From the NCBI GenBank assembly GCA_003485765.1, contig DNHS01000051.1, forward strand, positions 71,747-135,746: DNA of 64,000 nt. Reading direction: 5' to 3'. Source of the stretch: Candidatus Omnitrophota bacterium (lineage in GTDB: Bacteria > Omnitrophota > Gorgyraeia > Gorgyraeales > Gorgyraeaceae). The stretch's first letter is position 1. Each line of letters starts with the position of its first letter. The translations under genes were made by a program, and so were the position numbers. Below, one piece after another: positions 8,421 through 18,104 of this stretch. The notes under the pieces were generated by a model, which saw nothing but the letters and a program-made list of their open reading frames with translations, had not been told where the DNA came from and ran no database searches.

Positions 8421-9488
8421 TTAGCTTTTTAGTTTAGGTATAAAACTTGCCTTAAAATATTCGTCTCTGATAACATCTTCCGGTGGGTTATTGTAGGTCT
8501 TCTCCATAACTTGTTTACTGCTCCATCCGCCTATTTCTTGTTTTGTCTTGCTTGAAAGCCCAGGACGGCTTGCAAAAGTATGTCTTAGATCGTGGATTGT
8601 AGCCTTGGCAATGCCTACTTTCTCGCATATCTCTATCATCTTATTCCTCATTTTATTCTTATTGAGAATATTACCCTTAGGATCAGAAAAAACATACCTG
8701 CCTCTGGCCTGCGCTATTGCCTGCTGTAATACTGATTTTAGCTCTGGGTGTATTGGTATAATTTTTGGCCTGTCAGTTTTGGTATTTTCTATGGTTATTA
8801 TGCCTTTAGATAGATCCACAAAACTTTTTTCCATCTTCCTGACTTCATCGCGCCTAAAACCACATATATATAAAGTCAAATATATAGCATACCAATTAAT
8901 ATCTCTGCTTTCTGCTTTGGCGCCTTCAAGAAATTTCGCAAGCTCTTCATCAGAAAGACAACGCCTCTTTTGAACCTTTATTATTTTAAGAGATCTAATT
9001 TTTGATACTGGATTAATACCTGAGATCTTATTGTGTTCTATCAAGATGGAAAACAGATTATATAAAGCCATCCTTTCAGAGTTTACGGTCTTAGTTGCCC
9101 TTTTCTTTTCGTTAATACGATAATCCATAAATTCTTTAATGTGTTCTGACTGTATTTCATCAAAGTATTTCAAGTTGGAGCGCTTTACACTAAGAAACTC
9201 CTTAAAATTCTTCATATATCCGTTGTACCTAATATATGAGGTATCATCAATGCTTCCCTTCTTGGTCCTTAACCAAAAATCTATGCCTTGTTCAAAAGTA
9301 ACTCTATAAGTAGGTTTATCTGTCATTGAACTAAATATCTGTTCCGGCATTTTTAAAAGCTTTAATCTGGCTTCTTTTTCAGTAAGAGACTTAATCTCTA
9401 TTCTCTTGCCAGAAAAATTAGTTATTTTAAAACAATACCAGGATCCACGCCGGTATATTTTTTTAGGAACTCTAAAGCGTTTTCTCAT
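8421..9488 (-). CDS. int: Tyrosine-type site-specific integrase
   Basis: C-terminal catalytic motifs: RRDEV...(R box), HDLRHTFAS (H-x-x-R), GGWSSKQVMEKTY (catalytic Y). N-terminal SAM-like domain. 355 aa. Confidence 0.85.
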   Translation of the reverse strand: MRKRFRVPKKIYRRGSWYCFKITNFSGKRIEIKSLTEKEARLKLLKMPEQIFSSMTDKPTYRVTFEQGIDFWLRTKKGSIDDTSYIRYNGYMKNFKEFLSVKRSNLKYFDEIQSEHIKEFMDYRINEKKRATKTVNSERMALYNLFSILIEHNKISGINPVSKIRSLKIIKVQKRRCLSDEELAKFLEGAKAESRDINWYAIYLTLYICGFRRDEVRKMEKSFVDLSKGIITIENTKTDRPKIIPIHPELKSVLQQAIAQARGRYVFSDPKGNILNKNKMRNKMIEICEKVGIAKATIHDLRHTFASRPGLSSKTKQEIGGWSSKQVMEKTYNNPPEDVIRDEYFKASFIPKLKS

Positions 9489-9664
9489 ACTAATGCAACT
9501 TTTACTGTATTAATCTCCCATCTTTCCAGGTCTTCTTCTCTAAAACGATTTAAACCGCCTATTTTAATATAAGGAATAAAATCCTTAGATGTCCATTGAT
9601 AAAGAGTACTCCTTTTGATGTTATATCTTTCACAAACTTCCTCAGGCGTTAATAACTTTCCCAT
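9485..9664 (-). CDS. xis: Excisionase / AlpA-like HTH DNA-binding protein
   Basis: MGKLLTPEEVCERYNIKRSTLYQWTSKDFIPYIKIGGLNRFREEDLERW is a typical Xis/MerR-type winged-helix fold. The ORF track starts at GTG 9673; ATG at 9664 is preferred. It sits immediately upstream of int. Confidence 0.6.
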   Translation of the reverse strand: MGKLLTPEEVCERYNIKRSTLYQWTSKDFIPYIKIGGLNRFREEDLERWEINTVKVALV

Positions 9665-9717
9665 GGCTATCACCCCCTCTCTGTTACAAAAACAAGTCCT
9701 TATTTAACAGTTAAATA

Positions 9718-10365
9718 TTACCGCTTTTCCCCTTGCAAATTACAAGAGTGTTTTTGTAACACTCTTTTTACCTGGATATAGCTGATCCTGTCTTTCTTAG
9801 AGATATCCTTATTGTATTCGCGCGCTATCTTCCTCAGACCAAGGTCTTTATGCTTAGCAATGGACTTTAACCTTTTTATATCAATCTCTTTTTTAGGCCG
9901 ACCACCTTTGTATTCGCCTTTTTCTTTTTTTTGTTTAATACCTTCCCGAACCCTAATCCCAAGCATCTTGCTAAAGTTATTAGCCATATAAGCGAAGATC
10001 ATCATAATGATCTGCCACATGTCATTATTGCTATCTATACCTTCCTTTATACTAACGAATCTACATTTATGCTCTTCTACGACTTTATGAAGATCTGAAA
10101 CTATCTTGGTAGGCGTTTCTCTTGAAAATCTATCAAGCATGTAAACTACAAGTATATTAAATTCTCTCAGTCTGATTCTTTCCAATGCTTCTTCAAAGAC
10201 CTTTCTCCTCGTACCTTTATAAGCGCTCTCGTATTCCTGGAATATTTCATAAGGCCAGCTTTGGGATTCGCAATACTTCTTACAGGTATTAATTTGATTC
10301 TCTACATCCTGTTTTGATTCATCAGTACTGCACCGCGCATAAATTATAGCCCTTATTTTTTCCAT
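9718..10365 (-). CDS. Serine recombinase (resolvase/invertase family) with C-terminal HTH
   Basis: From internal Met: MEKIRAIIYARCSTDESKQDVENQ (YARVST..Q catalytic-serine motif), ...VVYMLDRFSR. The ORF track extends to an upstream alternative start at 10443. Confidence 0.8.
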   Translation of the reverse strand: MEKIRAIIYARCSTDESKQDVENQINTCKKYCESQSWPYEIFQEYESAYKGTRRKVFEEALERIRLREFNILVVYMLDRFSRETPTKIVSDLHKVVEEHKCRFVSIKEGIDSNNDMWQIIMMIFAYMANNFSKMLGIRVREGIKQKKEKGEYKGGRPKKEIDIKRLKSIAKHKDLGLRKIAREYNKDISKKDRISYIQVKRVLQKHSCNLQGEKR

Positions 10366-10439
10366 AAATACCTCTTTATTTTTCCACACATGCTTATAAA
10401 ATTTACCACAACTATAAATAATGTTTTCCATACACATCC

Positions 10440-10860
10440 ACATGGAAATTTGTGGTAATTTCCAGGTAACCTCAGGTAAATATCGTTTCCTAGGAAAATA
10501 CCCCAGGACCAGCGTCGGGAAGAATTAGGCTTTTTCCTATAGGACTTTGTGGAGACTTTCCAGGTAAAAGACAGGAGTTTAGCCGGCCACCAGGAAATTA
10601 CCTCAGGACCAGCGTCGGATATAAAAGGTCTGATTTTACCTGGAAAACAAGGTCCTAGTCTTATAGGACCGAGGGAGCGGAAAAAGTCCGCTAAAGTCCG
10701 CAAAAGTCCGAGCGTACAAGTCCGTAAAAATAACCGTGTTTTTAACGTATTGAATTCCATGGCAACCTATCAGTTTGACCTGGATCACCTGGATTATTTC
10801 CAGGACCGCTTCCATGGCCTTTTAAGGACTTTCTCAGGAAAATAAAGGTCACTATTGTTA
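10440..10860. repeat. Repeat-dense non-coding block: inverted repeat GGAAATTtgtggtAATTTCC; 2x CAGGACCAGCGTCGG; 2x TATAGGAC; 4x AAGTCCG; several TTCCAGGTAA / TTACCTGGAA. Candidate res site or origin.
   Basis: Repeats are visible directly in the sequence. Overlapping ORFs 10353-10760(-) and 10549-10845(+) are judged spurious. Confidence 0.55.
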
Positions 10861-11104
10861 AAATCCCAAGGTATATAGTACCTAATACTTTCCGGCCAGA
10901 GGATCCTTCTTTCTTTTCCTCAGGTACTTTCTGGATTCCCAATAGCTTCCTAGTTCTTATTGTGCCATCTCTTAGATTTACTGCCTTGCAATATGGACAA
11001 TGGAAAAGAGACTGCTTGCCTTCCCTGGCATTTTGTGGTGCCGGCTTAGGTAAACGTGTTGTTTCCTCGCCACATGCTTTACAAATTAATTTTATTTCTT
11101 CCAT
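10742..11104 (-). CDS. Small zinc-ribbon protein with a C-terminal TM segment (C-terminal portion uncertain)
   Basis: CKACGEE...CPYCKAV (two CxxC pairs) then VLGTIYLGILTIVTFIFL. The 3' part runs into the repeat block. Confidence 0.3.
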   Translation of the reverse strand: MEEIKLICKACGEETTRLPKPAPQNAREGKQSLFHCPYCKAVNLRDGTIRTRKLLGIQKVPEEKKEGSSGRKVLGTIYLGILTIVTFIFLRKSLKGHGSGPGNNPGDPGQTDRLPWNSIR

Positions 11105-12003
11105 CGGACTGTCTCCTCTTTATTATTACCAGAATTTATCCAGGACTTTCTAAGCCAATCCGGCGGATTAGCCTTTAATTCATTAAGATGATTCTTTGAA
11201 ACGTAGTATTCCTTATGAGGATCCTTCTTATACTTGATAAATCCTAACTTAATGTATTTTTTGATAGTCGTATCCGATAAATTTAAAACAGTTTCCACCC
11301 TTTTTATATGGATGTATTCCTCGTTATCATAAACAAGGTTTCTCTGAGAGTTTTCTCTATTTTTAATACTGCATGGATTGTTCCATATCTTAGTTAAAAA
11401 CTCCGGCTTTTCTTCCAGGACTTTCTCTATGTCAGATCTTATAAACGACCACCCTAATAAAGTACTAAACTCAGCTTTAATCTTTTTTTGCCTGATAAAC
11501 TTATATAAAACAGCTCGCGAAATATTAAGCATTTCTAAAACCTGAGGCGCGCTTAAACATTCCTTTGGTTTTTCCTGGATCTCTTCCAGAGAGATAGGGA
11601 TATCTTCCTGTTCTGCTTTCTCAATATTTATTATATCTCCTGGATTTATCTGAGAATGGCCTGGAATTTGAAGAGGTACGTCAAAGGCTCCCAATTCCTC
11701 CATTGCTACCTGAAATAATTTCTTCTTCATCCTGTTTATATAATCAACGAGATAACCTTTATCCACCATGCCGTTCTTGAAAACTTCACCTGGATCCGCT
11801 TTGTACTTATCAAAATCCAGGTCTTTGCCTATCATGGCCACCATGCACTTACGCTTATACCATGGTAAGTCTTCATTATTATCCATAAAGAAAGCTACTC
11901 TTATAGGAGAGCCGTTATTTAAATAAGAAAGGCTTTGATCGTCAAGTCTGATTAGAAGTAAATCATGGCTACTATTAGGGCTTTTTAATAACTTGGCTTC
12001 CAT
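11092..12003 (-). CDS. DNA-binding protein with two excisionase/MerR-like HTH segments
   Basis: LSAPQVLEMLNISRAVLYKFIRQKKIKA and IKRVETVLNLSDTTIKKYIKLGFIKY are both HTH_17-like. Confidence 0.45.
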   Translation of the reverse strand: MEAKLLKSPNSSHDLLLIRLDDQSLSYLNNGSPIRVAFFMDNNEDLPWYKRKCMVAMIGKDLDFDKYKADPGEVFKNGMVDKGYLVDYINRMKKKLFQVAMEELGAFDVPLQIPGHSQINPGDIINIEKAEQEDIPISLEEIQEKPKECLSAPQVLEMLNISRAVLYKFIRQKKIKAEFSTLLGWSFIRSDIEKVLEEKPEFLTKIWNNPCSIKNRENSQRNLVYDNEEYIHIKRVETVLNLSDTTIKKYIKLGFIKYKKDPHKEYYVSKNHLNELKANPPDWLRKSWINSGNNKEETVRWKK

Positions 12004-12214
12004 TTTGCCTTTTTTTCTGTAATTTCATTAAGAATCTGCCGACTTCAAAAAGCATACACTCTGCAAGCACACCGAAATGATAGAAACGGTTCGCCTCTTG
12101 ATTTCTTTTGATTGTCCATATCTTCCACTGTCTTGCCTTCCATCCTTTAAAAACTCCTAAGCCTACTAACCAGTTTTGAGATTTCCATATTGAAATTAAG
12201 CGCATATCCCACCT

Positions 12215-12430
12215 TTATTTAGTATTTCCCTCTTTCGGCCTACATCCGAGGCGGTAAACATACAAAGGACATTCTAAGCTATCGCAATTTCTAACCAAGG
12301 AATAATGATTACCTGCACACTCCAGGCACTTATGCCTGATTGCTCTAATAGGCGGTAATCTTTTAGTGCCTTTTTGACTATCCTTTTCCTTTAACATTAT
12401 ATTTTTCATAGAGTTATATTTTTTGAGCAT
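12215..12430 (-). CDS. Small zinc-finger protein (CLECAG...CDSLECP)
   Basis: 71 aa with two CxxC-like pairs. Confidence 0.3.
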   Translation of the reverse strand: MLKKYNSMKNIMLKEKDSQKGTKRLPPIRAIRHKCLECAGNHYSLVRNCDSLECPLYVYRLGCRPKEGNTK

Positions 12431-12439
12431 GCTTCATTC

Positions 12440-12790
12440 CTTATCATTACATATCATTGCTTGTCATTCGTTGTCATTCGTTACTATTCCTTGACATTCC
12501 TTAACGAATACAAACTTGGCTCTAAGTAAATTTTTATCAACGCGTCTGCCATACCCCCTAAAAAGTGGGTTACTCGGTTACCTATCTATGCAATGCCTTG
12601 AAAAACATAAGCTTACATGGTAACCCAAGCTTAATTTCTCGGTTACTTCTCGGTTACCTATTTGCTTTTTCGGTTACCAGTAACCGAAAGGTAACCCAGT
12701 TTTTATAACTCGGTTACCTATTTATCCTATTGTAAATAATATGGTTATAGTTTTTGGTAACCCAGTAACCGAGGTAACCGAGACAGAGGG
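12440..12790. repeat. Iteron array (putative replication origin): at least 10 copies of CGGTTACC / GGTAACC(G) in both orientations (e.g. CTCGGTTACCTAT x3). An AT-rich TCATT(n5) tract lies at 12440-12500.
   Basis: Seen directly. Copies near 12573, 12620, 12639, 12649, 12671-12697, 12709, 12756-12784. It lies between the small Zn-finger gene and the 3' end of the replication-protein gene. Confidence 0.6.
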
Positions 12791-12795
12791 AGAAA

Positions 12796-14469
12796 TCAAT
12801 CACAGTTTTCCAGCCTTTTTTCGATTTCTTCCAAATGTATCCGGAACCCTTTTATATTCTTACCATCAATCTTTCTTTGCTCTGCACGGCCTTTGACAAG
12901 ACCGGCATATCTTAAAGCTTTTCCAAGCCATCTGCCTTTATTTTGCTTCTTCTCATCATTTAACCAAGCAAAGTCTTCTTCGCCGGATCCCTTAAAAATC
13001 TCTAATAATTCATTAATGGTCCAAAAATCATCCATCTTAGGATATTCCCTTTCTGAGAAAACTTCCTTAAGCACCATAAGAACCTTTGGAGTAATTGTGT
13101 CTTCTCTGCGCGCTTCTTTTTTAAGCTTTTGGATCTCAAGAGCGTGATTTCTTATTTCGTCATATAGGTTAAATTTTGAATCGCTATCATTATCTATAAC
13201 CTTGGCAATCGTAAGAATAGGTTTGCTTAATTCCCATTCCCTGCCTAATATTTCTTCATCTTTTATTGTTTGATAAAATACCTTTACCTGGAGAGAATAA
13301 GTAAGCATTATATGGTAGAGCTTATCGCGGATATCTTGAAAACTTTTATCATTATTGTTTAACTCACGGTTTTTAATCTCCTTGTTGCCGGTTTTTAACA
13401 TTATAATAGGGATACACCTTGAACTTAATGAAGACTCAAATCCCTTTATTGAAGCAAACATCTTAGGAGAATATGCCTCAAATTGTTTAGGTAGCCATTG
13501 ACTATATTCATTAACTTGTTCGCATTTACCGCAAAATGATCCTTTTTTATATCCAGCGTTATACATGGCTATTAAAGCTTGACTATCTTGATCATCAGAA
13601 CGCCTTAATCTTTCTATTTCATCAACACAGCAAGTGGAATGATTATTATGAACCGCTCTGATTATATAAGCAGGAGATGAATTGAATGTCAACTCACCAT
13701 TGAAAGATAACCAGGCTGTAAACATTAAGGTTTTAGTCTTGCCGGATTCCATATCTCCATTAAGGTGAACATAGGGGAAGGTATCAAAAATTCTCTGGAA
13801 GTACGTAGCAATAATCCAAAGGGTTTTATATTTAGTCCAAGTGTCATTACCTAAATCAATATAACTTTTACTAAGCTTATAAATATCGGTAAAAACATCT
13901 GATATTTTTATGTTTTCCTTACCATTAGTAAATAACTCAATACTCTTATCTGACCATCTTTTATTTAAACAAGGGCTCCTTTCTGAATAAAGATTCATCT
14001 TTAATAATTCCTCATCTGAAAGACGAATTTTTTGTTTTTCAGAAGTTATTATATAATTAATAGATTTTACTTTATTATCTACACAGATATTAACTGGAAT
14101 AGTGACGTAAGCTGTGTCATCGATAAAATCTTGCGCCGGAGTAATAATTGATAGGTGTGGAGCGTAATTAATAACTGGGGTTTCGTCTTTATCGATACCC
14201 ATTTCCATGGCATATCTTTTTACTGTCTTTAAGGCATCTTTTTGATTAACTATGCCGACTTCGCTTAAACGTTTTATACACAATACTCTGTCTTGCTCTG
14301 CTAATAAAGGAATAGAGCGTATAATTAAATCTCTTTTTTCTGCCTGGACCGGCAATTCCAGAGTCTCCCATTCCTTTATTAGATTATGTACTTCTTCTAT
14401 TATTTTTTTCTTCTTTTCATCTTCCTTAAGTCTTGTAGTTAAATCTTTTTCTTCATCTACTCTATTCAT
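12796..14469 (-). CDS. Putative replication initiator / primase-helicase-like P-loop NTPase
   Basis: 557 aa. Walker A HLNGDMESGKTKTLMF (~res 238), Walker B CCVDEIERL. Adjacent to the iteron array. Family not resolved. Confidence 0.45.
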   Translation of the reverse strand: MNRVDEEKDLTTRLKEDEKKKKIIEEVHNLIKEWETLELPVQAEKRDLIIRSIPLLAEQDRVLCIKRLSEVGIVNQKDALKTVKRYAMEMGIDKDETPVINYAPHLSIITPAQDFIDDTAYVTIPVNICVDNKVKSINYIITSEKQKIRLSDEELLKMNLYSERSPCLNKRWSDKSIELFTNGKENIKISDVFTDIYKLSKSYIDLGNDTWTKYKTLWIIATYFQRIFDTFPYVHLNGDMESGKTKTLMFTAWLSFNGELTFNSSPAYIIRAVHNNHSTCCVDEIERLRRSDDQDSQALIAMYNAGYKKGSFCGKCEQVNEYSQWLPKQFEAYSPKMFASIKGFESSLSSRCIPIIMLKTGNKEIKNRELNNNDKSFQDIRDKLYHIMLTYSLQVKVFYQTIKDEEILGREWELSKPILTIAKVIDNDSDSKFNLYDEIRNHALEIQKLKKEARREDTITPKVLMVLKEVFSEREYPKMDDFWTINELLEIFKGSGEEDFAWLNDEKKQNKGRWLGKALRYAGLVKGRAEQRKIDGKNIKGFRIHLEEIEKRLENCD

Positions 14470-14483
14470 CTTTTCATCTCCTT

Positions 14484-14714
14484 TTAAACCATATTAAATA
14501 TGGCAGATTTTACATCAGTCATTGCGTTTTTCAAGATGGTTATACCAACCAGGCCGTTATTATAAAATTCTTTCACTAGTTCTTCTCTTTCTCTGATGTC
14601 CTCAAAAACAAAAATGGCTCTTCTGCTTTCTCCTTGTATGCGCGTAATTTTCATTCCTTTCGCTTTTAAGAAAGCTGAGAGCCAGAGATCCTGAGTAATA
14701 AATTCTTTATTCAT
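14484..14714 (-). CDS. Small hypothetical protein (possibly DUF5659-like)
   Basis: MNKEFITQDLWLSAFLKAKGMKITRIQGESRRAIFVFEDIREREELVKEFYN. The start region AAAGGAGATGAAAAGATGAAT is duplicated at the start of the 12796-14469 gene. Confidence 0.4.
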   Translation of the reverse strand: MNKEFITQDLWLSAFLKAKGMKITRIQGESRRAIFVFEDIREREELVKEFYNNGLVGITILKNAMTDVKSAIFNMV

Positions 14715-14747
14715 CTTTTCATCTCCTTTTTTATTCAATCCTATCTT

Positions 14748-14951
14748 CTACTTTATTCCAATTGCTAAATCCGACTTCTTAATTTTTAATGCCTTGCAAA
14801 TTTTATCTACTAGTTTTTCGCTTGGCTCCAAACGACCGATCATAATTTTACTAAGATTTGTTTCGTGTATCCCAACCATTTTAGCCAGTTGCCATTGTTT
14901 AATGCTTTTTCTGAACAAAATAGTTTTTAATGCCAAATTATTTATTTGCAT
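14748..14951 (-). CDS. XRE-family (Cro/CI-type) HTH transcriptional regulator
   Basis: SIKQWQLAKMVGIHETNLSKIMIGRLEPS is a classic XRE helix-turn-helix. Confidence 0.6.
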   Translation of the reverse strand: MQINNLALKTILFRKSIKQWQLAKMVGIHETNLSKIMIGRLEPSEKLVDKICKALKIKKSDLAIGIK

Positions 14952-15026
14952 ATGTTCTCCTTAACTTTATTATTGATGTTAATATATTATCATTATTATT
15001 AATCATAATCTTTAGAGTAAAAAAAA

Positions 15027-15599
15027 TTACTGTTTTTGTCTCAATTCTAACGCTATCTTTTTAAGATCTAACGAATTAGCTCTTTCTGTAACGTTCTTTG
15101 ACAAGGCCGTATTGCGTTCTTCTAATTCTCTAATATTTAAAAATAACTTCTCTGTAACTTCTTTATAAGCGTTGTCCTTCTTCTCTACTTGTTGTTTTAT
15201 TTGTTTAACATTCTCTGGTTCAGGTTTATAAATATATTTATCCGGATTTTCTGCCCAGGGAATAAACATTTCTTTCTCTCTCTGTGTAAGCGCCACATTT
15301 TTGCCTAGTTTCTCTAACGTTTGTATTATTAAATTGTATGCCAGCATGTAGTTTATCTGTTCATTTTGCCAAATAAGTAAAATAGAAATTTCTTTGATTG
15401 AAAATCCTAAATATAACAAGTGACAAATTAATAATATTCTATGAACATCTCTTTCTGAATAAAGCCTATAACCTCCCACAGTGTAGTGTGGTTCTATTAA
15501 TTTCTTTTGTTCGTAATTTATTAATTTATTACGCGTTAGACTGTATCCGAAAGACTTTAAATGTTTAATTAGGTCTTTTACGCTATATTCTTCTGCCAT
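15027..15599 (-). CDS. MerR-family transcriptional regulator
   Basis: YSVKDLIKHLKSFGYSLTRNKLINYEQKKLIEPHYTVGGYRLYSERDVHRILLICHLLYLGFSIKEI, a MerR N-terminal HTH plus coiled-coil tail. Confidence 0.65.
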   Translation of the reverse strand: MAEEYSVKDLIKHLKSFGYSLTRNKLINYEQKKLIEPHYTVGGYRLYSERDVHRILLICHLLYLGFSIKEISILLIWQNEQINYMLAYNLIIQTLEKLGKNVALTQREKEMFIPWAENPDKYIYKPEPENVKQIKQQVEKKDNAYKEVTEKLFLNIRELEERNTALSKNVTERANSLDLKKIALELRQKQ

Positions 15600-15755
15600 A
15601 TGCCTCTGTAAGGTTATTATTGATAATCATATATTATTACCTATAATAATGTACACCACAATTATTTGTTTGTCAAGTATTTTGAAAAATTTCTTTTACC
15701 TTATTATAAATAGAGGCAGGAAATTGCTTATTGCTTCTGGTCTGCTGTTTTAATT

Positions 15756-16898
15756 TCATCTTTCTTCAATATCTTCATCACATACAAAACCATAAACAAA
15801 ATTGTTTTTTTGTGATTTATCTGTAAGACGTATTATACGACAATAAAAATTTTTGTCTTTTAAGCCTCGTATTCTTGCGCCAAGATAAACTTCTTCATCT
15901 TTATCTAATTCATTAACTATTTTACTGTCTATAGAAGCTTTTTCATAAACCTTTGTAGCCGTATTTTTAATTTTTACTGTTTTTATATTTCCCTTAGCAA
16001 GCCTTTGCTGAGATATATTCTCTTGTTTAAGTAACAAGATTTCTATAGTTTTTCTAAGAGAATATTCAGCATTTTCTTCATTATATATATCATCTTCGAA
16101 TTCGTCTTTTATAACCCATTCTTTGTCTTCTTTATAATAATATACTTCTGGAGTAATGCGTCTTATATTCCAATAATCTATAAGAGAAATGCCTATGGCT
16201 AACAAATCTTTATCTAATCCATTATAATCTAGTACAATATAGTCTGTTGGTTCTTTAACATGTTCTTCTATGTATTCTTTAGTTGTTGCATAAGAAGGTG
16301 CCATTGACGCAAAGGATCCTAAGACATTAGCTGTTCCTTTTTCAAAATCCCTAATATCATATTGTTTTTCAAAAGCTAAATATATAACTTTTCTACAATT
16401 TATTTGACACTCTTTATAATTTTGGGATTTCAAGAAGTCTTCGGCTTCTTTCAATAAACATTTATTTTCACTATCTTTTAACAAATCAATTAGTGTTATA
16501 TTATTAAAGTTAATTTTAAGATATCTCGCACTTGACTCTTCAAAAAAATTATTTACAACAACAGGAAAATCTCTGCAGTCTTCGATGCGAGGCAATATCC
16601 CATGATGTTTTAAATTAACGCGTTGCCGATTAAGTTCTAACATTTTTGTACTCAAAGGGACATCTTCCCCTTTTTCTTTCTTGATTATCGAGAAATATCC
16701 TGGAAAACTTACATTATCATTTATAGTCACTTTTAATTGTTCACATAGGGCTATTAAAAATAATTCAACAGCATCTTGTAACAAAATAATGCCGGCACCT
16801 ATTCTTTCTGCATTCTCAGCAATTTTAAAACAGTCTTTGCCCAAAAAATATAAAAACTTGGCCATCTGAATTTTTCTTATAACAGATTGTTCTAACAT
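15756..16898 (-). CDS. Hypothetical protein (cargo gene 3). An N-terminal helical region carries an R-x6-H motif (NRQRVNLKHHG) that could be a HEPN-like RNase motif.
   Basis: 380 aa with no confidently recognised domain. The HEPN suggestion is pattern-level only. Confidence 0.45.
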   Translation of the reverse strand: MLEQSVIRKIQMAKFLYFLGKDCFKIAENAERIGAGIILLQDAVELFLIALCEQLKVTINDNVSFPGYFSIIKKEKGEDVPLSTKMLELNRQRVNLKHHGILPRIEDCRDFPVVVNNFFEESSARYLKINFNNITLIDLLKDSENKCLLKEAEDFLKSQNYKECQINCRKVIYLAFEKQYDIRDFEKGTANVLGSFASMAPSYATTKEYIEEHVKEPTDYIVLDYNGLDKDLLAIGISLIDYWNIRRITPEVYYYKEDKEWVIKDEFEDDIYNEENAEYSLRKTIEILLLKQENISQQRLAKGNIKTVKIKNTATKVYEKASIDSKIVNELDKDEEVYLGARIRGLKDKNFYCRIIRLTDKSQKNNFVYGFVCDEDIEER

Positions 16899-17024
16899 TT
16901 GATCCTCTGTGGGTTATTAAGCATATGATAGTCTTGTAGGGTAATATAGACAAGGAAAAAATAAGGTAGAAAATGACAACTGGTAAGCAAAAACTGATTC
17001 TCAGGCTAGCTATAAAAATACATC

Positions 17025-17843
17025 TTAAAAATAAAGCCTAACAAAAATACTATGGGTATCTTCCTTTGTTTCTTTTGTCGCAAATTTACTCTGTTTTTCA
17101 AGTTCATCTACTACTTCTATTATTTTTTTTATATTGGACGTACCTATCCCATGCATATTGATATACTTAAGACCATATTTTTTCTTTAATTCTATCTCAC
17201 CTTTTATATCATTTTTATTCATTATATGATTAACAAATACACAAAGAGGCAATTCATCAACAACCATTTTATACATACTTTTAAATTTATCTAAAACTAT
17301 TTTGTCTTCGTATTTCCCTTCTAAAGAACCATGATAAGGAATTAAAACTTCTTCTAAATAACGCGCCGAACACAAATTAGCTATATTCTTCCCTTTATCT
17401 CCATATCTTTGCATAATATCGCACTTCAATTGTCTTGTCTTGGGTTTATCATGCGCCTCAAAAAAACTCCTCATATACAAAGATGCTCTCCATATATTAA
17501 AGTCTTCAGGAGGGATTTTAGGTTTTAAAAAATCTAAAACTTCCTTATTGCCTGCTGAACTGTCTTTCGCCTTAAAATCTTCTATTGATTTTTTAGTTTC
17601 ATCTTCCAATATAGAATAGCCATCTTCTATAGCTTTGGGTAATATATCTTTAAGGGCTTTTCTTTCGGAGGAGTCTAGTTTAGCAAGATTTATCGTGAGA
17701 TTCTTAGAATCATCATGGTATTCTGTTTTTTGACTATGATCATCCTTTTTAATATTTATATTATTAGATAGGTCTATATTGAAATTAATATCGGGAAGTT
17801 TAAGATTGGAAAGTAACTTACCTAAAGCTTCTAGGAAGCTCAT
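17025..17843 (-). CDS. Hypothetical protein (cargo gene 2)
   Basis: 272 aa. Start overlaps the stop of the 81-aa upstream gene by 4 nt (ATGA), suggesting translational coupling. Confidence 0.5.
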   Translation of the reverse strand: MSFLEALGKLLSNLKLPDINFNIDLSNNINIKKDDHSQKTEYHDDSKNLTINLAKLDSSERKALKDILPKAIEDGYSILEDETKKSIEDFKAKDSSAGNKEVLDFLKPKIPPEDFNIWRASLYMRSFFEAHDKPKTRQLKCDIMQRYGDKGKNIANLCSARYLEEVLIPYHGSLEGKYEDKIVLDKFKSMYKMVVDELPLCVFVNHIMNKNDIKGEIELKKKYGLKYINMHGIGTSNIKKIIEVVDELEKQSKFATKETKEDTHSIFVRLYF

Positions 17844-18085
17844 TGATTATTATCTTGAATAGTATCTGCCAATTCTATGACAGAATTTATACCTGTCCTA
17901 ATAAATACTAAAGATCCTTTCTTTAGGCCCACGAAGTCTTTTAATTCCAAAGGTTCCCCATCAGAAGACGGAACTTTCTGCCCTGACTGCTTTTCTATGA
18001 TATATCCGTCTGCATCTACGGCGCAATCAAACAAATCTAGAATATCCTCTTTGGTATTTTTTTCAAAAGTTATTATTTTACTCAT
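17840..18085 (-). CDS. Hypothetical small protein (cargo gene 1)
   Basis: 81 aa. First gene of the cargo transcription unit next to the att site. Confidence 0.45.
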   Translation of the reverse strand: MSKIITFEKNTKEDILDLFDCAVDADGYIIEKQSGQKVPSSDGEPLELKDFVGLKKGSLVFIRTGINSVIELADTIQDNNQ

Positions 18086-18104
18086 CGCTTTGTCTCCCCT
18101 ACAG

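Noticed and set aside
10353-10845. ORFs 10353-10760(-) and 10549-10845(+)
   Set aside because: Overlap each other on opposite strands inside a block of short direct and inverted repeats; low-complexity translations (poly-R/P/G). Treated as a non-coding repeat region.
11975-12205. 76-aa minus-strand ORF
   Set aside because: Overlaps the start of the 11092-12003 gene; Trp/Lys-rich low-complexity translation; no RBS noticed.
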